A stretch of 64,000 nucleotides of DNA from an uncultured Sphingopyxis sp. (GTDB lineage: Bacteria > Pseudomonadota > Alphaproteobacteria > Sphingomonadales > Sphingomonadaceae): positions 6,090-70,089 of the forward strand of contig CAZSMB010000001.1 in NCBI GenBank assembly GCA_964607625.1. Direction: 5' to 3'. The translations under genes were made by a program, and so were the position numbers. Positions 10,893 through 20,352 of the stretch are shown here, piece by piece. Numbering within the stretch: the stretch's first letter is position 1; the number at the start of each line of letters is the position of its first letter. The notes below the pieces were generated by a model, which saw only the letters and a list, made by a program, of their open reading frames with translations, ran no database searches and was not told where the DNA came from.

Positions 10893-11771
10893 ATGATGTC
10901 CGGAGTCGTTCGCGCGCCCGATGAGGCGCGGAAATCAACAGAATTACGTCGTTTCGAGCATGTTCGCGAGCGAGCGAACTGGATGCGCAGGCGCCTGTTG
11001 AAGATGATCGTCGACGCGGGTCAGGGGCATCCCGGCGGCGATCTGTCGGCCACCGACATCCTCGCGACGCTCTATTTCGATATTCTTCGAATCGATCCGG
11101 CGCGACCCGACGCCCCCGATCGCGATCGCTTCATCATGAGCAAGGGGCATTGCACCGGCGCGCTTTATACCGCGCTCGCCGGGGCGGGATTTTTTCCCGA
11201 GGCGGAGCTCGACACCTATCTCAAACCCGAATCGCGGCTGAACGGCCATCCCAACCGCACCTATCTGCCGGGCGTCGAAACCAATACCGGGCCGCTCGGG
11301 CACGGCCTGCCGGTCGCGGTCGGTGCCGCCGTCGCGGCGCAGATCGACGCCGCCGATCGTCACGTCTTCGCGCTGACCGGCGACGGCGAGTTGCAGGAAG
11401 GCAGCATGTGGGAAGCGGCGATGTTTGCCGGTCACCGCGGGCTTGGCAATCTTACCGTGATCGTGGACCGCAACCGGCTCCAGCAGGGCGCGCGTACCGA
11501 GGACACCAATGCGCTGGAACCTCTCGCCGATAAGTGGCGCGCCTTCGGCTGGCTGGTGGAGGGGGTCGACGGTCACGATCATGCTGCGCTGCTCGCGGCG
11601 TTCGATGCGGCTGGCAGGCCGCGCGAAAAGCCGCTGTGCCTGATCGCGGACACGCACAAGGGCCAGGGGGTCAGCTTCATGCGCGACCAGGCGGGGTGGC
11701 ATCATGGCGTACCCAATGCGGAGCAATATGCGCAGGCAATCCGCGAGCTCGAAGAGGAGATGGCCCGATGA
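10893..11771 (+). CDS. aptA: Transketolase N-terminal subunit (probable apulose-4-phosphate transketolase subunit A)
   Basis: GHPGGDLS, DRFIMSKGH, TGPLGHGL and the TPP motif GDGELQEG; SD GAGGAG. Confidence 0.8.
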   Translation: MMSGVVRAPDEARKSTELRRFEHVRERANWMRRRLLKMIVDAGQGHPGGDLSATDILATLYFDILRIDPARPDAPDRDRFIMSKGHCTGALYTALAGAGFFPEAELDTYLKPESRLNGHPNRTYLPGVETNTGPLGHGLPVAVGAAVAAQIDAADRHVFALTGDGELQEGSMWEAAMFAGHRGLGNLTVIVDRNRLQQGARTEDTNALEPLADKWRAFGWLVEGVDGHDHAALLAAFDAAGRPREKPLCLIADTHKGQGVSFMRDQAGWHHGVPNAEQYAQAIRELEEEMAR

Positions 11772-12718
11772 GCGCCGCTGCAACCCCGCTCTTCGATTGT
11801 CGCGACGCCTATGTCCGGGCCGTCGAGGCGTTGGCCGAAACCGATCAGCGGATCGTCGCGGTCGTCAATGACTCGGTCGGCTCGTCGAAGCTCGGCGCGT
11901 TCCGCGACCGCTTTCCCGATCGCCTGATCAATGTGGGGATCGCCGAGCAGAATATGGTCGGAGTCGGAGCGGGACTTGCCAACGGTGGCAAGATTCCCTT
12001 CGTCAGCGGCGCGTCCTGCTTCCTGAGCGCGCGCGCGATGGAGCAGATCAAGGCCGACTGCGCCTACAGCTTCGCCAATGTGAAGCTGTGCGGCATTTCG
12101 AGCGGCGTCGCTTATGGCGAACTCGGCGCGACGCACCACAGTATCGAGGATATCGCCTGGCTCCGCGCGATCGACCGGCTTTCGGTGATCGTGCCCTCCG
12201 ATCCCTGGGAGACCGGCGAAGCGATCAAGGCCGCCGCCGCGCACGATGGTCCCGTCTATGTCCGGATCAGTCGCATGCCGGTGCCGCAGCTCGAGCGTCG
12301 AAGCGCCGCGTTTGCGATCGGCAAGGGCGAAACCTTGCGGGACGGCGGCGATCTGGCGATCATCGCGAATGGCACGCTGGTCCACCGGGCCCTCGCAGCC
12401 GCCGACGTCCTTGCCGAAGACGGGATTGCGGCGCGGGTCATCAATATGGCGAGTATCGCGCCGCTCGACACCGATCTGATCGCAGAGGCGGCGAAGACGG
12501 GCGCGATCGTCACGGCCGAAGAGGGGCTGGCGCGTGGTGGGCTGGGCGGCGCGGTCGCCGAATGGTGCGCGGAGAACGCCCCGGTGCGGATGCGCCTGCT
12601 CGGCTTTCCGGGCTTCCTGCCGACCGGTTCGGCGGCGTGGCTGATGGATCGGTTCGGCCTGTCGGCCGACGGGATTGCCGCGGCCGCCCGCGACATGCTG
12701 GGATTACGGAACGGCTGA
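11768..12718 (+). CDS. aptB: Transketolase C-terminal subunit (probable apulose-4-phosphate transketolase subunit B)
   Basis: NVGIAEQNMVG, GATHHSIED and GPVYVR; ATGA overlap with subunit A. Confidence 0.8.
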   Translation: MSAAATPLFDCRDAYVRAVEALAETDQRIVAVVNDSVGSSKLGAFRDRFPDRLINVGIAEQNMVGVGAGLANGGKIPFVSGASCFLSARAMEQIKADCAYSFANVKLCGISSGVAYGELGATHHSIEDIAWLRAIDRLSVIVPSDPWETGEAIKAAAAHDGPVYVRISRMPVPQLERRSAAFAIGKGETLRDGGDLAIIANGTLVHRALAAADVLAEDGIAARVINMASIAPLDTDLIAEAAKTGAIVTAEEGLARGGLGGAVAEWCAENAPVRMRLLGFPGFLPTGSAAWLMDRFGLSADGIAAAARDMLGLRNG

Positions 12719-14208
12719 TGCCCGGTCCCGTCATCCTTGCGATCGACCAGGGAACCACCAATACGAAGGCGTTGCTCGTCGCGTCCAGCGGGGACGTGCT
12801 CGCCCGGCACGCGCGACCGATGCACGTCGATTATCCGCGCCCCGGCTGGGCTCAGCAAGATGCCATGCAGATATGGGATGCGGTCGCCGGTCTGATCGCC
12901 GAAAGCCTCGCGGCGGCGCCGGGCGTCGAGATCGCCGCGCTGGCCATTTCCAACCAGCGCGAAACGGTGGTGCTGTGGGACGCCGCGACGGGCGAGCCCA
13001 TCGCGCCTGCCGTGCTCTGGCAATGCCAGCGCTCGCTCGAACGCTGTGCGGCGCTGCGTGCCGCCGGGGTCGCGGGGGAGATCGCGGCGCGCAGCGGGCT
13101 CGCGATCGATCCGCTCTTTCCTGCCGCGAAGATCGGCTGGCTGCTCGATTCGATCCCGGGCGCCCGGGATCGCGCCGACCGCGGGGAGCTTCGCTGCGGC
13201 ACCGTGGACAGCTGGCTCTTGTGGAGGCTCAGCGGCGGCACAATCCATGCGACGGACGCCAGCAATGCGTCGCGAACCCAGCTGTTCAATCTCGATACCG
13301 CGTCGTGGGACGCGCGGTTGGCGGACATCTTCGACGTCCCGCTGTCGCTGCTGCCGCGGGTGGTGCCGTCCGACGAGGGGTTCGGGGGCGTCGCCGCGGG
13401 CGCGACGGCGCTTCCTGCCGGGACACCGGTTCAGGTCATGCTTGGCGACAGTCATGCGGCGCTGTTCGCGCATGGCATCGTCGAGCCGGGCCGGGTCAAG
13501 GCGACCATCGGTACCGGCAGTTCCTTGATGGCGGCGACCGCCGCCCGTACGTCCTCGAGCCATGGTTTGTCGACGACGGTGGCATGGCAATGTGGTGCGC
13601 GTGCGCCCCAATATGCGCTGGAAGGCAATATTTCGGTATCGGGCCATGCGGCGGCCTTTGCGGCCGCGCTGCTCGGCCTTGCCGACGAGCAAGCATTGAC
13701 GAGCCTGGCGGAAAGCGTCGAAAGTTCGCAAGGCGTTGCCTTCGTGCCCGCGCTCGCGGGGCTCGGCGCCCCGCACTGGCGACCCGACGCGCGCGGGATC
13801 GTTTCGGGCATGACGCTCGGCACCCGGCCGGCGCACGTCGCGCGCGCCGCCTTCGAAGCGATCGCCCTGCAGATTTCCGACGTGCTCGACGCCATGGAAG
13901 CCGACCTTGGTCAGCCTCTTGCCGAACTGTCGATCGACGGCGGCGCCGCGCGCAACGATTTTATGGCGCAGCTTCTTGCCGACCTGAGCGGCCACACCGT
14001 CACCAGGCCGGAGATCGCCGAAGCGAGCGCGCTCGGCGCCGCGCGGATGGCGGCCCGCGCGCTCGGCTATGGCGACGAATGGCGCTTTCCCGATGCGACG
14101 CGTTTCGAACCCCGCATGGAACCCGGCCGGCGCGAGGCGATCCGCCGCGGTTGGCGCGCCGCGCTGGACGCGGCGGTCGCGGCGGGAACGGGAGGACCGC
14201 CAGAATAG
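12718..14208 (+). CDS. aplK: FGGY carbohydrate kinase (probable apulose kinase)
   Basis: AIDQGTTNTK, SNQRET, TDASNASRTQL, GDSHAALF and DGGAARN; apiose gene context. Confidence 0.75.
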   Translation: MPGPVILAIDQGTTNTKALLVASSGDVLARHARPMHVDYPRPGWAQQDAMQIWDAVAGLIAESLAAAPGVEIAALAISNQRETVVLWDAATGEPIAPAVLWQCQRSLERCAALRAAGVAGEIAARSGLAIDPLFPAAKIGWLLDSIPGARDRADRGELRCGTVDSWLLWRLSGGTIHATDASNASRTQLFNLDTASWDARLADIFDVPLSLLPRVVPSDEGFGGVAAGATALPAGTPVQVMLGDSHAALFAHGIVEPGRVKATIGTGSSLMAATAARTSSSHGLSTTVAWQCGARAPQYALEGNISVSGHAAAFAAALLGLADEQALTSLAESVESSQGVAFVPALAGLGAPHWRPDARGIVSGMTLGTRPAHVARAAFEAIALQISDVLDAMEADLGQPLAELSIDGGAARNDFMAQLLADLSGHTVTRPEIAEASALGAARMAARALGYGDEWRFPDATRFEPRMEPGRREAIRRGWRAALDAAVAAGTGGPPE

Positions 14209-14296
14209 ACTATCGATGCCCGGTGGCCGACAAGACCGTCGCGACCCCGACCAGACCAGCTGAGGCGGGAACCGCCGCCCGATCCGGAGAGGACTT

Positions 14297-15559
14297 ATGA
14301 CGAGCGCTACTGCAGGCCGTGACGACTGGAAAAATACGATTCTGGCGGGCCTTGCCAATTATATCGATGCCGGGTCGATCGTGGCCGGCGCCGCGGCGCT
14401 GGCGCTGTGGGTCGATGCCTATCGGCTCGATACCGACCTCGTCGGCCTGATCGGAGCATTTGGCCCCAATGCGATCGCCGCCGGCGTCGGCGCCCTGATC
14501 GGCGGGCGGCTTTGCGACCTGTTCGGGCGCAAGAAGATCTACCAATATGATATGCTCTTCTATGCCTTTGGCATGTTGTGGCTCGTCTTTGCGGTCAACG
14601 CCTGGATGATCGTGGTCGGATTTTTCCTCGTCGGCCTGGCAGTCGGCGCGGACATCCCGGCCTCCTGGTCGCTGATCGCGGAGATGGCGCCGAACGACAA
14701 GCGCGGCAAGCACAGCGGGGTCGCCCAGGTGCTCTGGTATCTCGGACCCGTGGTGGTGCTCCTGATGTTTCTTGCGCTCTCGCCGCTTGGGCTGCTCGGC
14801 GCGCGGATCGTCTTTGCGCATCTCGCGATCCTCGCCGTGGCGCTGACCTTCCTCCGCTCGCGGATGAAGGAGTCGCCGCGCTGGCTCGAGGCGCAGGCGG
14901 AAGGCGCGCGCCAGGATGGCCGGCCCGAACGCGGGCGGTGGCGCGACTTGTTCACCCGTCAGCACATCGGATCGATGGCATTCCTTTCGGGCATGTATCT
15001 GTTCTGGAACCTGTGGGCCGGCACGAACGGCTTTTTCTTTCCCTATATCCTGCGCACGGTCGGCAATCAGACACAGGCGATGTCGGTGGCGGTGCAGGCG
15101 TTGAGCTTCCTGCTCGGAATGGCTTCGATCTTCTTCATCTTCATGAAGTTGTCCGACCGGGTAAACCAGCGGCTGCTCTTCGGCCTTTCCGCGATCACCC
15201 AGGTGATCGGCATGTCGCTGCTCGCGATCTTTCCGCTGACCCTGCCGGTCGCGCTGGTCCACGTCTTTCTGATGGCGGTCGGCCAGGGCTTTGGCGCGCA
15301 ATGCTTCTTTCAACTCTGGAGTTCGGAGATGTTCCCGACGCTGCTGCGCAGCACGGCGCAAGGCGTGATGTTCGCGATGGTGCGCATCGCGCTCGGGATT
15401 TTCAGCTTCTTCGTGCCGGCGCTGACGGCCACCGGATTCCACACGCTGGCCTGGATTCTGGTCGGCTTTCTCGCGATCAGCGGGTTGATCGGCTTCATCT
15501 GGGCGCCGCGCAACGAGGGCAAGTCGCTCGAGGAAATCGCCGCCGCGCGAGCGGACTGA
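14297..15559 (+). CDS. MFS sugar transporter
   Basis: About 12 hydrophobic segments; GRLCDLFGRK, ESPRW and SEMFPT. Confidence 0.88.
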   Translation: MTSATAGRDDWKNTILAGLANYIDAGSIVAGAAALALWVDAYRLDTDLVGLIGAFGPNAIAAGVGALIGGRLCDLFGRKKIYQYDMLFYAFGMLWLVFAVNAWMIVVGFFLVGLAVGADIPASWSLIAEMAPNDKRGKHSGVAQVLWYLGPVVVLLMFLALSPLGLLGARIVFAHLAILAVALTFLRSRMKESPRWLEAQAEGARQDGRPERGRWRDLFTRQHIGSMAFLSGMYLFWNLWAGTNGFFFPYILRTVGNQTQAMSVAVQALSFLLGMASIFFIFMKLSDRVNQRLLFGLSAITQVIGMSLLAIFPLTLPVALVHVFLMAVGQGFGAQCFFQLWSSEMFPTLLRSTAQGVMFAMVRIALGIFSFFVPALTATGFHTLAWILVGFLAISGLIGFIWAPRNEGKSLEEIAAARAD

Positions 15560-15584
15560 GGCGCGCAGTCGAAGGAGGCAAAGG

Positions 15585-17162
15585 ATGCAGGTTTCACGCC
15601 GGACGATGCTGGCGGGCGGGTTTGCCGCGGGCGCGGCGGCGGCTGCCCCTGCCGTCGCGCGCGAGGGTTCGGCCCGCACCGAGCGGTGGGGGCTCCACGA
15701 AATCATGCTCACCGGCCCTGCGGGCGGCAATCCCTTTGTCGAGGTCGATCTTGCCGCGACCTTCGAAAGCGGAGACCGCACGATCCGCGTACCGGGCTTC
15801 TATGACGGCGAGGGGATTTATCGCATTCGTTTCAGCCCGCCCGAAAAGGGGCGATGGACGTGGCGCAGCGCCAGCAACATCGCCGCCCTTTCGGGTGCGA
15901 CGGGCGCGTTCGATTGTGGCCCGCCCGGACCGGGCAATCATGGCCCGGTTGGCGTCAGCCCCGACGGATTTCACTTCGTCCATGCCGACGGCACCGCGTT
16001 TCGCCAGATCGGCACCACCGCCTATAGTTGGGCGTTGCAGTCCGATGCGCGGTGCGCGGAAACGCTGGCGACGCTTCGGGCCGCTCCGTTCAACAAGATG
16101 CGAATGCTTGTCTTTCCGAATGTCGAATCGGTTGCGACCGATCCGTTCGTGCGGACGGGGCCGGGGGCGGGAGACTGGGATCCCGCGCGCTTCGACCCCG
16201 CCTATTTCCGGCGGTTCGAGGACCGGATCATCCGCCTCGGCGACCTGGGGATACAGGCCGATGTCATCCTCTTCCACCCCTATGACAAGGCGCGCGGCTA
16301 CAGCGACATGGCGCGTGCCGACGACGAACGCTACATCCGCTACGTCGCCGCGCGCTGGGGCGCCTACCGCAATCTGTGGTGGTCGATGGCCAATGAATAT
16401 GACGCGGTCGAGAGCAAGACGGTTGCCGACTGGGACGCGCTGTTCGAAATCCTGGTCGCCGCGGATCCGCACGATCGATTGCGCTCGATCCACCAACTTC
16501 ATCGCTACTATGATCACCGCAAGCCCTGGGTGACCCACGCCAGCGTCCAGAACGGCGCCGCGGTACTCGACGATATTCGCGCCGCCCTGCATCGCGACTT
16601 CGCCCAGAAGCCGGTGATTTTCGACGAGGTGGTCTATGAAGGCAATTCGGCGCAGCGCTGGGCCAATCTGACAGGCGAACAAATGGTCGAACGCTTTTGG
16701 TGGGGTCTCGTCGGCGGCACCTATGTCGGCCACAGCGAAACCTATCAAGCCGATCGCAATCCCGATTTTTCCTGGCTGGGGCAGGGCGGTACGCTGCAGG
16801 GCACGAGCGCGCCGCGCCTCGCCTTTCTCAAGCGGATCATGGAGGACGGTCCTGCGCCTGGAATCGATCCGATCCAGCATCTGTGGAATTATCATCTGGG
16901 TGGCCGCGACGGCGCCTATTATCTCCACTATTTCGGCGGCGACGCTCCGACCGAATGGCGCCTGAGGCTTCCGATCAAGAAGGGCGAGCCGCTCCATCGG
17001 TATCGCGTCGACGTCATCGATACCTGGGCGATGACCGTCACGCCGGTCGACGGGGTCTTCGCGATGGAGCGCCTCGACGATTACGACGTCCACGATCCGG
17101 CGCGTCCCACGATCCCGCTGCCCGGCAAACCCTGGATCGCGGTGCGCGTGCGCCGGGTCTAG
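15585..17162 (+). CDS. Tat-exported DUF5060-DUF4038-DUF5605 putative glycoside hydrolase
   Basis: Tat signal SRRTMLAGG; PGFYDG, GTTAYSW, PFNKMRM, WWSMANEYD, LRSIH and KPVIFDEVVYEG. Confidence 0.7.
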   Translation: MQVSRRTMLAGGFAAGAAAAAPAVAREGSARTERWGLHEIMLTGPAGGNPFVEVDLAATFESGDRTIRVPGFYDGEGIYRIRFSPPEKGRWTWRSASNIAALSGATGAFDCGPPGPGNHGPVGVSPDGFHFVHADGTAFRQIGTTAYSWALQSDARCAETLATLRAAPFNKMRMLVFPNVESVATDPFVRTGPGAGDWDPARFDPAYFRRFEDRIIRLGDLGIQADVILFHPYDKARGYSDMARADDERYIRYVAARWGAYRNLWWSMANEYDAVESKTVADWDALFEILVAADPHDRLRSIHQLHRYYDHRKPWVTHASVQNGAAVLDDIRAALHRDFAQKPVIFDEVVYEGNSAQRWANLTGEQMVERFWWGLVGGTYVGHSETYQADRNPDFSWLGQGGTLQGTSAPRLAFLKRIMEDGPAPGIDPIQHLWNYHLGGRDGAYYLHYFGGDAPTEWRLRLPIKKGEPLHRYRVDVIDTWAMTVTPVDGVFAMERLDDYDVHDPARPTIPLPGKPWIAVRVRRV

Positions 17163-17203
17163 AACGATCCGGTCGGGCGCGGGGCGAGCGCGCCGGGGGA
17201 ATG

Positions 17204-18661
17204 CTATGCCGGAACGGCCTCCGCCGGGTGCGGGGCAAAGGCCGGATCGTCGAGTTTGTAGGCCTTGCGGACGAGACCGTGTGCAAGTTCGTGCGCCAGT
17301 TCGGCGGCTTCCCAGTCGACGAGCCGGTGCTCGGCGACCAGGCGGGCCAGAAAGGCGCAGTCGATGCGCCGCGCGACGTCGTGCCGCGCCGGGATCGACA
17401 GAAATGCCCGCGTGTCGTCGTTGAAGCCGACCGTGTTGTAGAAACCGGCGGTTTCCGTCGTCATCTCGCGAAAGCGGCGCATCCCCTCCGGGCTGTCGTG
17501 GAACCACCACGACGGCCCGAGCTTCAGGCACGGATAATGGCCCGCCAGCGGCGCCAGTTCCCGTGCATAGGTCGATTCGTCGAGCGTGAAGAGGATGATC
17601 GACAACCTCGTTTCGGTGCCGAAGCGATCGAGCAACGGCTTCAGTGAATGGACATAGTCGGTCCGCATCGGAATATCGCAGCCCTTGTCGCGGCCGTGGC
17701 TTTCGAACAGCTTGTGATTGTGGTTGCGGCACGAGCCCGGATGGATCTGCATCACCATGCCATCCTCGACGCTCATCGCGGCGAGTTCGGTCAGCATCTG
17801 TGCGCGAAACAATTCGGCGTCGGCGGTCGTCCAGCGGCCGCCAATGATCTTTGCAAACAGGGCTTCGGCTTCGGCACCGGACAGGTTCGCGGTCGCGGCG
17901 CTCGGATGGCCGTGGTCGGTCGCGGTCGCGCCGGCGGCCCGGAAATCGGCGCGGCGCTTGCGATGCGCGGCCAGATAGCCCTGCCAGCTTTCGACGTCCT
18001 CGCCGGTCAACGCGCCGAAACGCTGCATCGCGGCGGCGAAATCATGATGTTCGGGATCGACCACGGCGTCGGGGCGATAGGTCGTGACGACGCGCCCCGA
18101 CCAGCCCGATGCGCGGATGGCGGCGTGGTGATCGAGATCCTCGTGCGCGCCCTCGGTCGTTGCCAGCATCTCGATATTGAAGCGGTCGAAGAGCGCGCGG
18201 GGGCGAAACTCGGGTGTCGCGAGGCTCTCGTTTATCCGGTCATAATAATCGTCCGCGGTCGACGCATCGAGGGCGGTGTCGAAGCCGAACACATCGGCAA
18301 AGACATGGTCGAGCCACATCCGCGACGGCGTGCCCCGGAACAGGTGGAAATTCGCGGCGAACAGCCGCCAGGCTTCGCGCGGATCGGTCGCGGGGGAGCC
18401 GTTGCGATCGGGCACGCCCAGCGCGTCGAGCGCGATGCCCTGGCTGTACAGCATGCGATAGAGATAATGGTCGGGTGCGAGCAGCAATTCGGTCGCATTG
18501 GACCAATTGGCATCGGTGGCGAACCAGGCGGGGTCGGTGTGGCCGTGCGGGCTGACGATCGGCAATTCCCTGATATCGGCATAGAGTGCCCGCGCGATGT
18601 CGCGCGTGCGACCTTCGGCGGGGAAGAGGCGGTCGGGGTGGATGTCGAGCGGCTTTGCCAT
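17204..18661 (-). CDS. uxaC: Uronate isomerase
   Basis: PIVSPHGH, PDHYLYRMLYSQG, TDHGH, WWFHDS and GFNDDTRAFLSIPARHD. Confidence 0.95.
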   Translation of the reverse strand: MAKPLDIHPDRLFPAEGRTRDIARALYADIRELPIVSPHGHTDPAWFATDANWSNATELLLAPDHYLYRMLYSQGIALDALGVPDRNGSPATDPREAWRLFAANFHLFRGTPSRMWLDHVFADVFGFDTALDASTADDYYDRINESLATPEFRPRALFDRFNIEMLATTEGAHEDLDHHAAIRASGWSGRVVTTYRPDAVVDPEHHDFAAAMQRFGALTGEDVESWQGYLAAHRKRRADFRAAGATATDHGHPSAATANLSGAEAEALFAKIIGGRWTTADAELFRAQMLTELAAMSVEDGMVMQIHPGSCRNHNHKLFESHGRDKGCDIPMRTDYVHSLKPLLDRFGTETRLSIILFTLDESTYARELAPLAGHYPCLKLGPSWWFHDSPEGMRRFREMTTETAGFYNTVGFNDDTRAFLSIPARHDVARRIDCAFLARLVAEHRLVDWEAAELAHELAHGLVRKAYKLDDPAFAPHPAEAVPA

Positions 18662-18867
18662 CGGTCTATTTTTCCCATTATAGCGCATGTTCGGTACGCC
18701 GCATTGTCGCGTCGTCCGGCATCCGCGAGATCCGTTCGGTCGGGCGCTGCAACGCAGAGGTTGCAGTCGCTTTCCGAATGGTGATATATAACATTGACGA
18801 TGTGATATATGACACCGTTTTCTATTCAAAACAAGTCGATCCGAAAAGGCAAGGACGCCGTAGAGCC

Positions 18868-20352
18868 ATGACCGCGAGGAAAGCCATTTTTGTCGATCCG
18901 CGCGATTCGGTCGCAACCGCGCTCGCCGATCTCGCCGCGGGCGACCGGATCGATGTCGGGGCGGGCGTCGCCCTGATCGAGCCCATCGCACGCGGGCACA
19001 AGGTTGCGGTGACGGACATCGCCGCAGGCGATCCCGTGCTGAAATTCGGTTTCTCGATCGGCACGGCGCGCACGGCGATCGCGCGCGGCGCGCATGTCCA
19101 TTCGCACAATATGGCAACCGCGCTCTCGACCGAGGATACCCACGCCTATCGCCCCGATCCGGACCCCGCACCGCCGCTCGCGGATGCGCCCGGTTTCATG
19201 GGCTATCTGCGCGACGACGGGCGCGCGGCGACCCGCAACGAAATCTGGGTGTTGCCGACGGTCGGCTGCGTTGCGCGGACCGCGACGAAAATCGCCGAAG
19301 CGGCGGATCGCCTCCATCGCGGCCGCGTCGACGGGGTCCATGCCTTCACCCACCCCTTTGGCTGCTCGCAGCTTGGCGACGATCTGGACGGGACGCGCGC
19401 CATCCTCGCCGCGCTGGCATCGCATCCCAACGCCGGCGGCGTGCTGCTGGTCGGGCTCGGATGCGAATCGAACCAGCTCGACGCCCTGATCGATTCGATC
19501 GACCCGGCGGTTCGTGGCCGGGTGCGGTTCCTGCGGGCGCAGAGCGCGGGGGACGAGATTGCCGAAGGGCTGGCTTCGATTGACGAACTGGTCGACCGGG
19601 CGGAAACCGCGCAGCGCCAACTGCTGCCGCTCGGCAAGCTGGTGCTCGGGGTCAAGTGCGGCGGGTCCGACGGCCTGAGCGGGCTGACCGCCAATCCGCT
19701 CGTCGGGCGGATGAGCGACGCGGTGACCGGCCTTGGCGGCGCGACGATTCTGACCGAGATTCCGGAAATTTTCGGCGCCGAACATCTGCTGATGGCGCGC
19801 GCCGCCGATCGCGGCATTTTCGATGCGATCGACCGAATGGTCGCCGACTTCAAAGCCTATTTTACCGCGCATGGCGAACCGGTGTCGGAAAATCCGTCGC
19901 CGGGGAACATCGCGGGCGGCATCACGACGCTGGAGGAAAAATCCCTCGGCGCCGTCCAGAAGGCCGGGCGGGCGGTGGTGACCGACGTCATCGCCTATGG
20001 CGCGCGGGCAACGAAGCCAGGCCTGACCCTCCTCGAAGCGCCGGGCAACGACGCCGTTTCGTCGACCGCCTTGTCGGCGGCGGGGGCGACGGTGATCCTC
20101 TTCACGACCGGGCGCGGAACGCCGCTCGGATTTCCGGTGCCGACGATCAAGGTCGCGTCGAACCACGATCTCGCCGCGCGCAAGCCCGGATGGGTCGATT
20201 TCGATGGCGGGCAGGTTCTGGAAGACGGACTCGACGACGGCGCGACGGCGCTTCTGGATCTGGTCGCCGCGGTCGCCTCTGGCCGGGAAACGGCCGCCGA
20301 GCGCAATGGCGAGCGCGAAATCGCCATCTGGAAAAGGGGTGTGACGCTTTGA
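18868..20352 (+). CDS. uxaA: Altronate dehydratase
   Basis: N-terminal SAF domain (GHKVA, HVHSHN); PTVGC, HPFGCSQ, KCGGSDG and NPSPGN. Confidence 0.92.
   Translation: MTARKAIFVDPRDSVATALADLAAGDRIDVGAGVALIEPIARGHKVAVTDIAAGDPVLKFGFSIGTARTAIARGAHVHSHNMATALSTEDTHAYRPDPDPAPPLADAPGFMGYLRDDGRAATRNEIWVLPTVGCVARTATKIAEAADRLHRGRVDGVHAFTHPFGCSQLGDDLDGTRAILAALASHPNAGGVLLVGLGCESNQLDALIDSIDPAVRGRVRFLRAQSAGDEIAEGLASIDELVDRAETAQRQLLPLGKLVLGVKCGGSDGLSGLTANPLVGRMSDAVTGLGGATILTEIPEIFGAEHLLMARAADRGIFDAIDRMVADFKAYFTAHGEPVSENPSPGNIAGGITTLEEKSLGAVQKAGRAVVTDVIAYGARATKPGLTLLEAPGNDAVSSTALSAAGATVILFTTGRGTPLGFPVPTIKVASNHDLAARKPGWVDFDGGQVLEDGLDDGATALLDLVAAVASGRETAAERNGEREIAIWKRGVTL

Noticed and set aside
12718-14208. 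Glycerol kinase glpK
   Set aside because: FGGY family, but the context (isomerase, split transketolase, GH140) favours apulose kinase; no glpD or glpF nearby.
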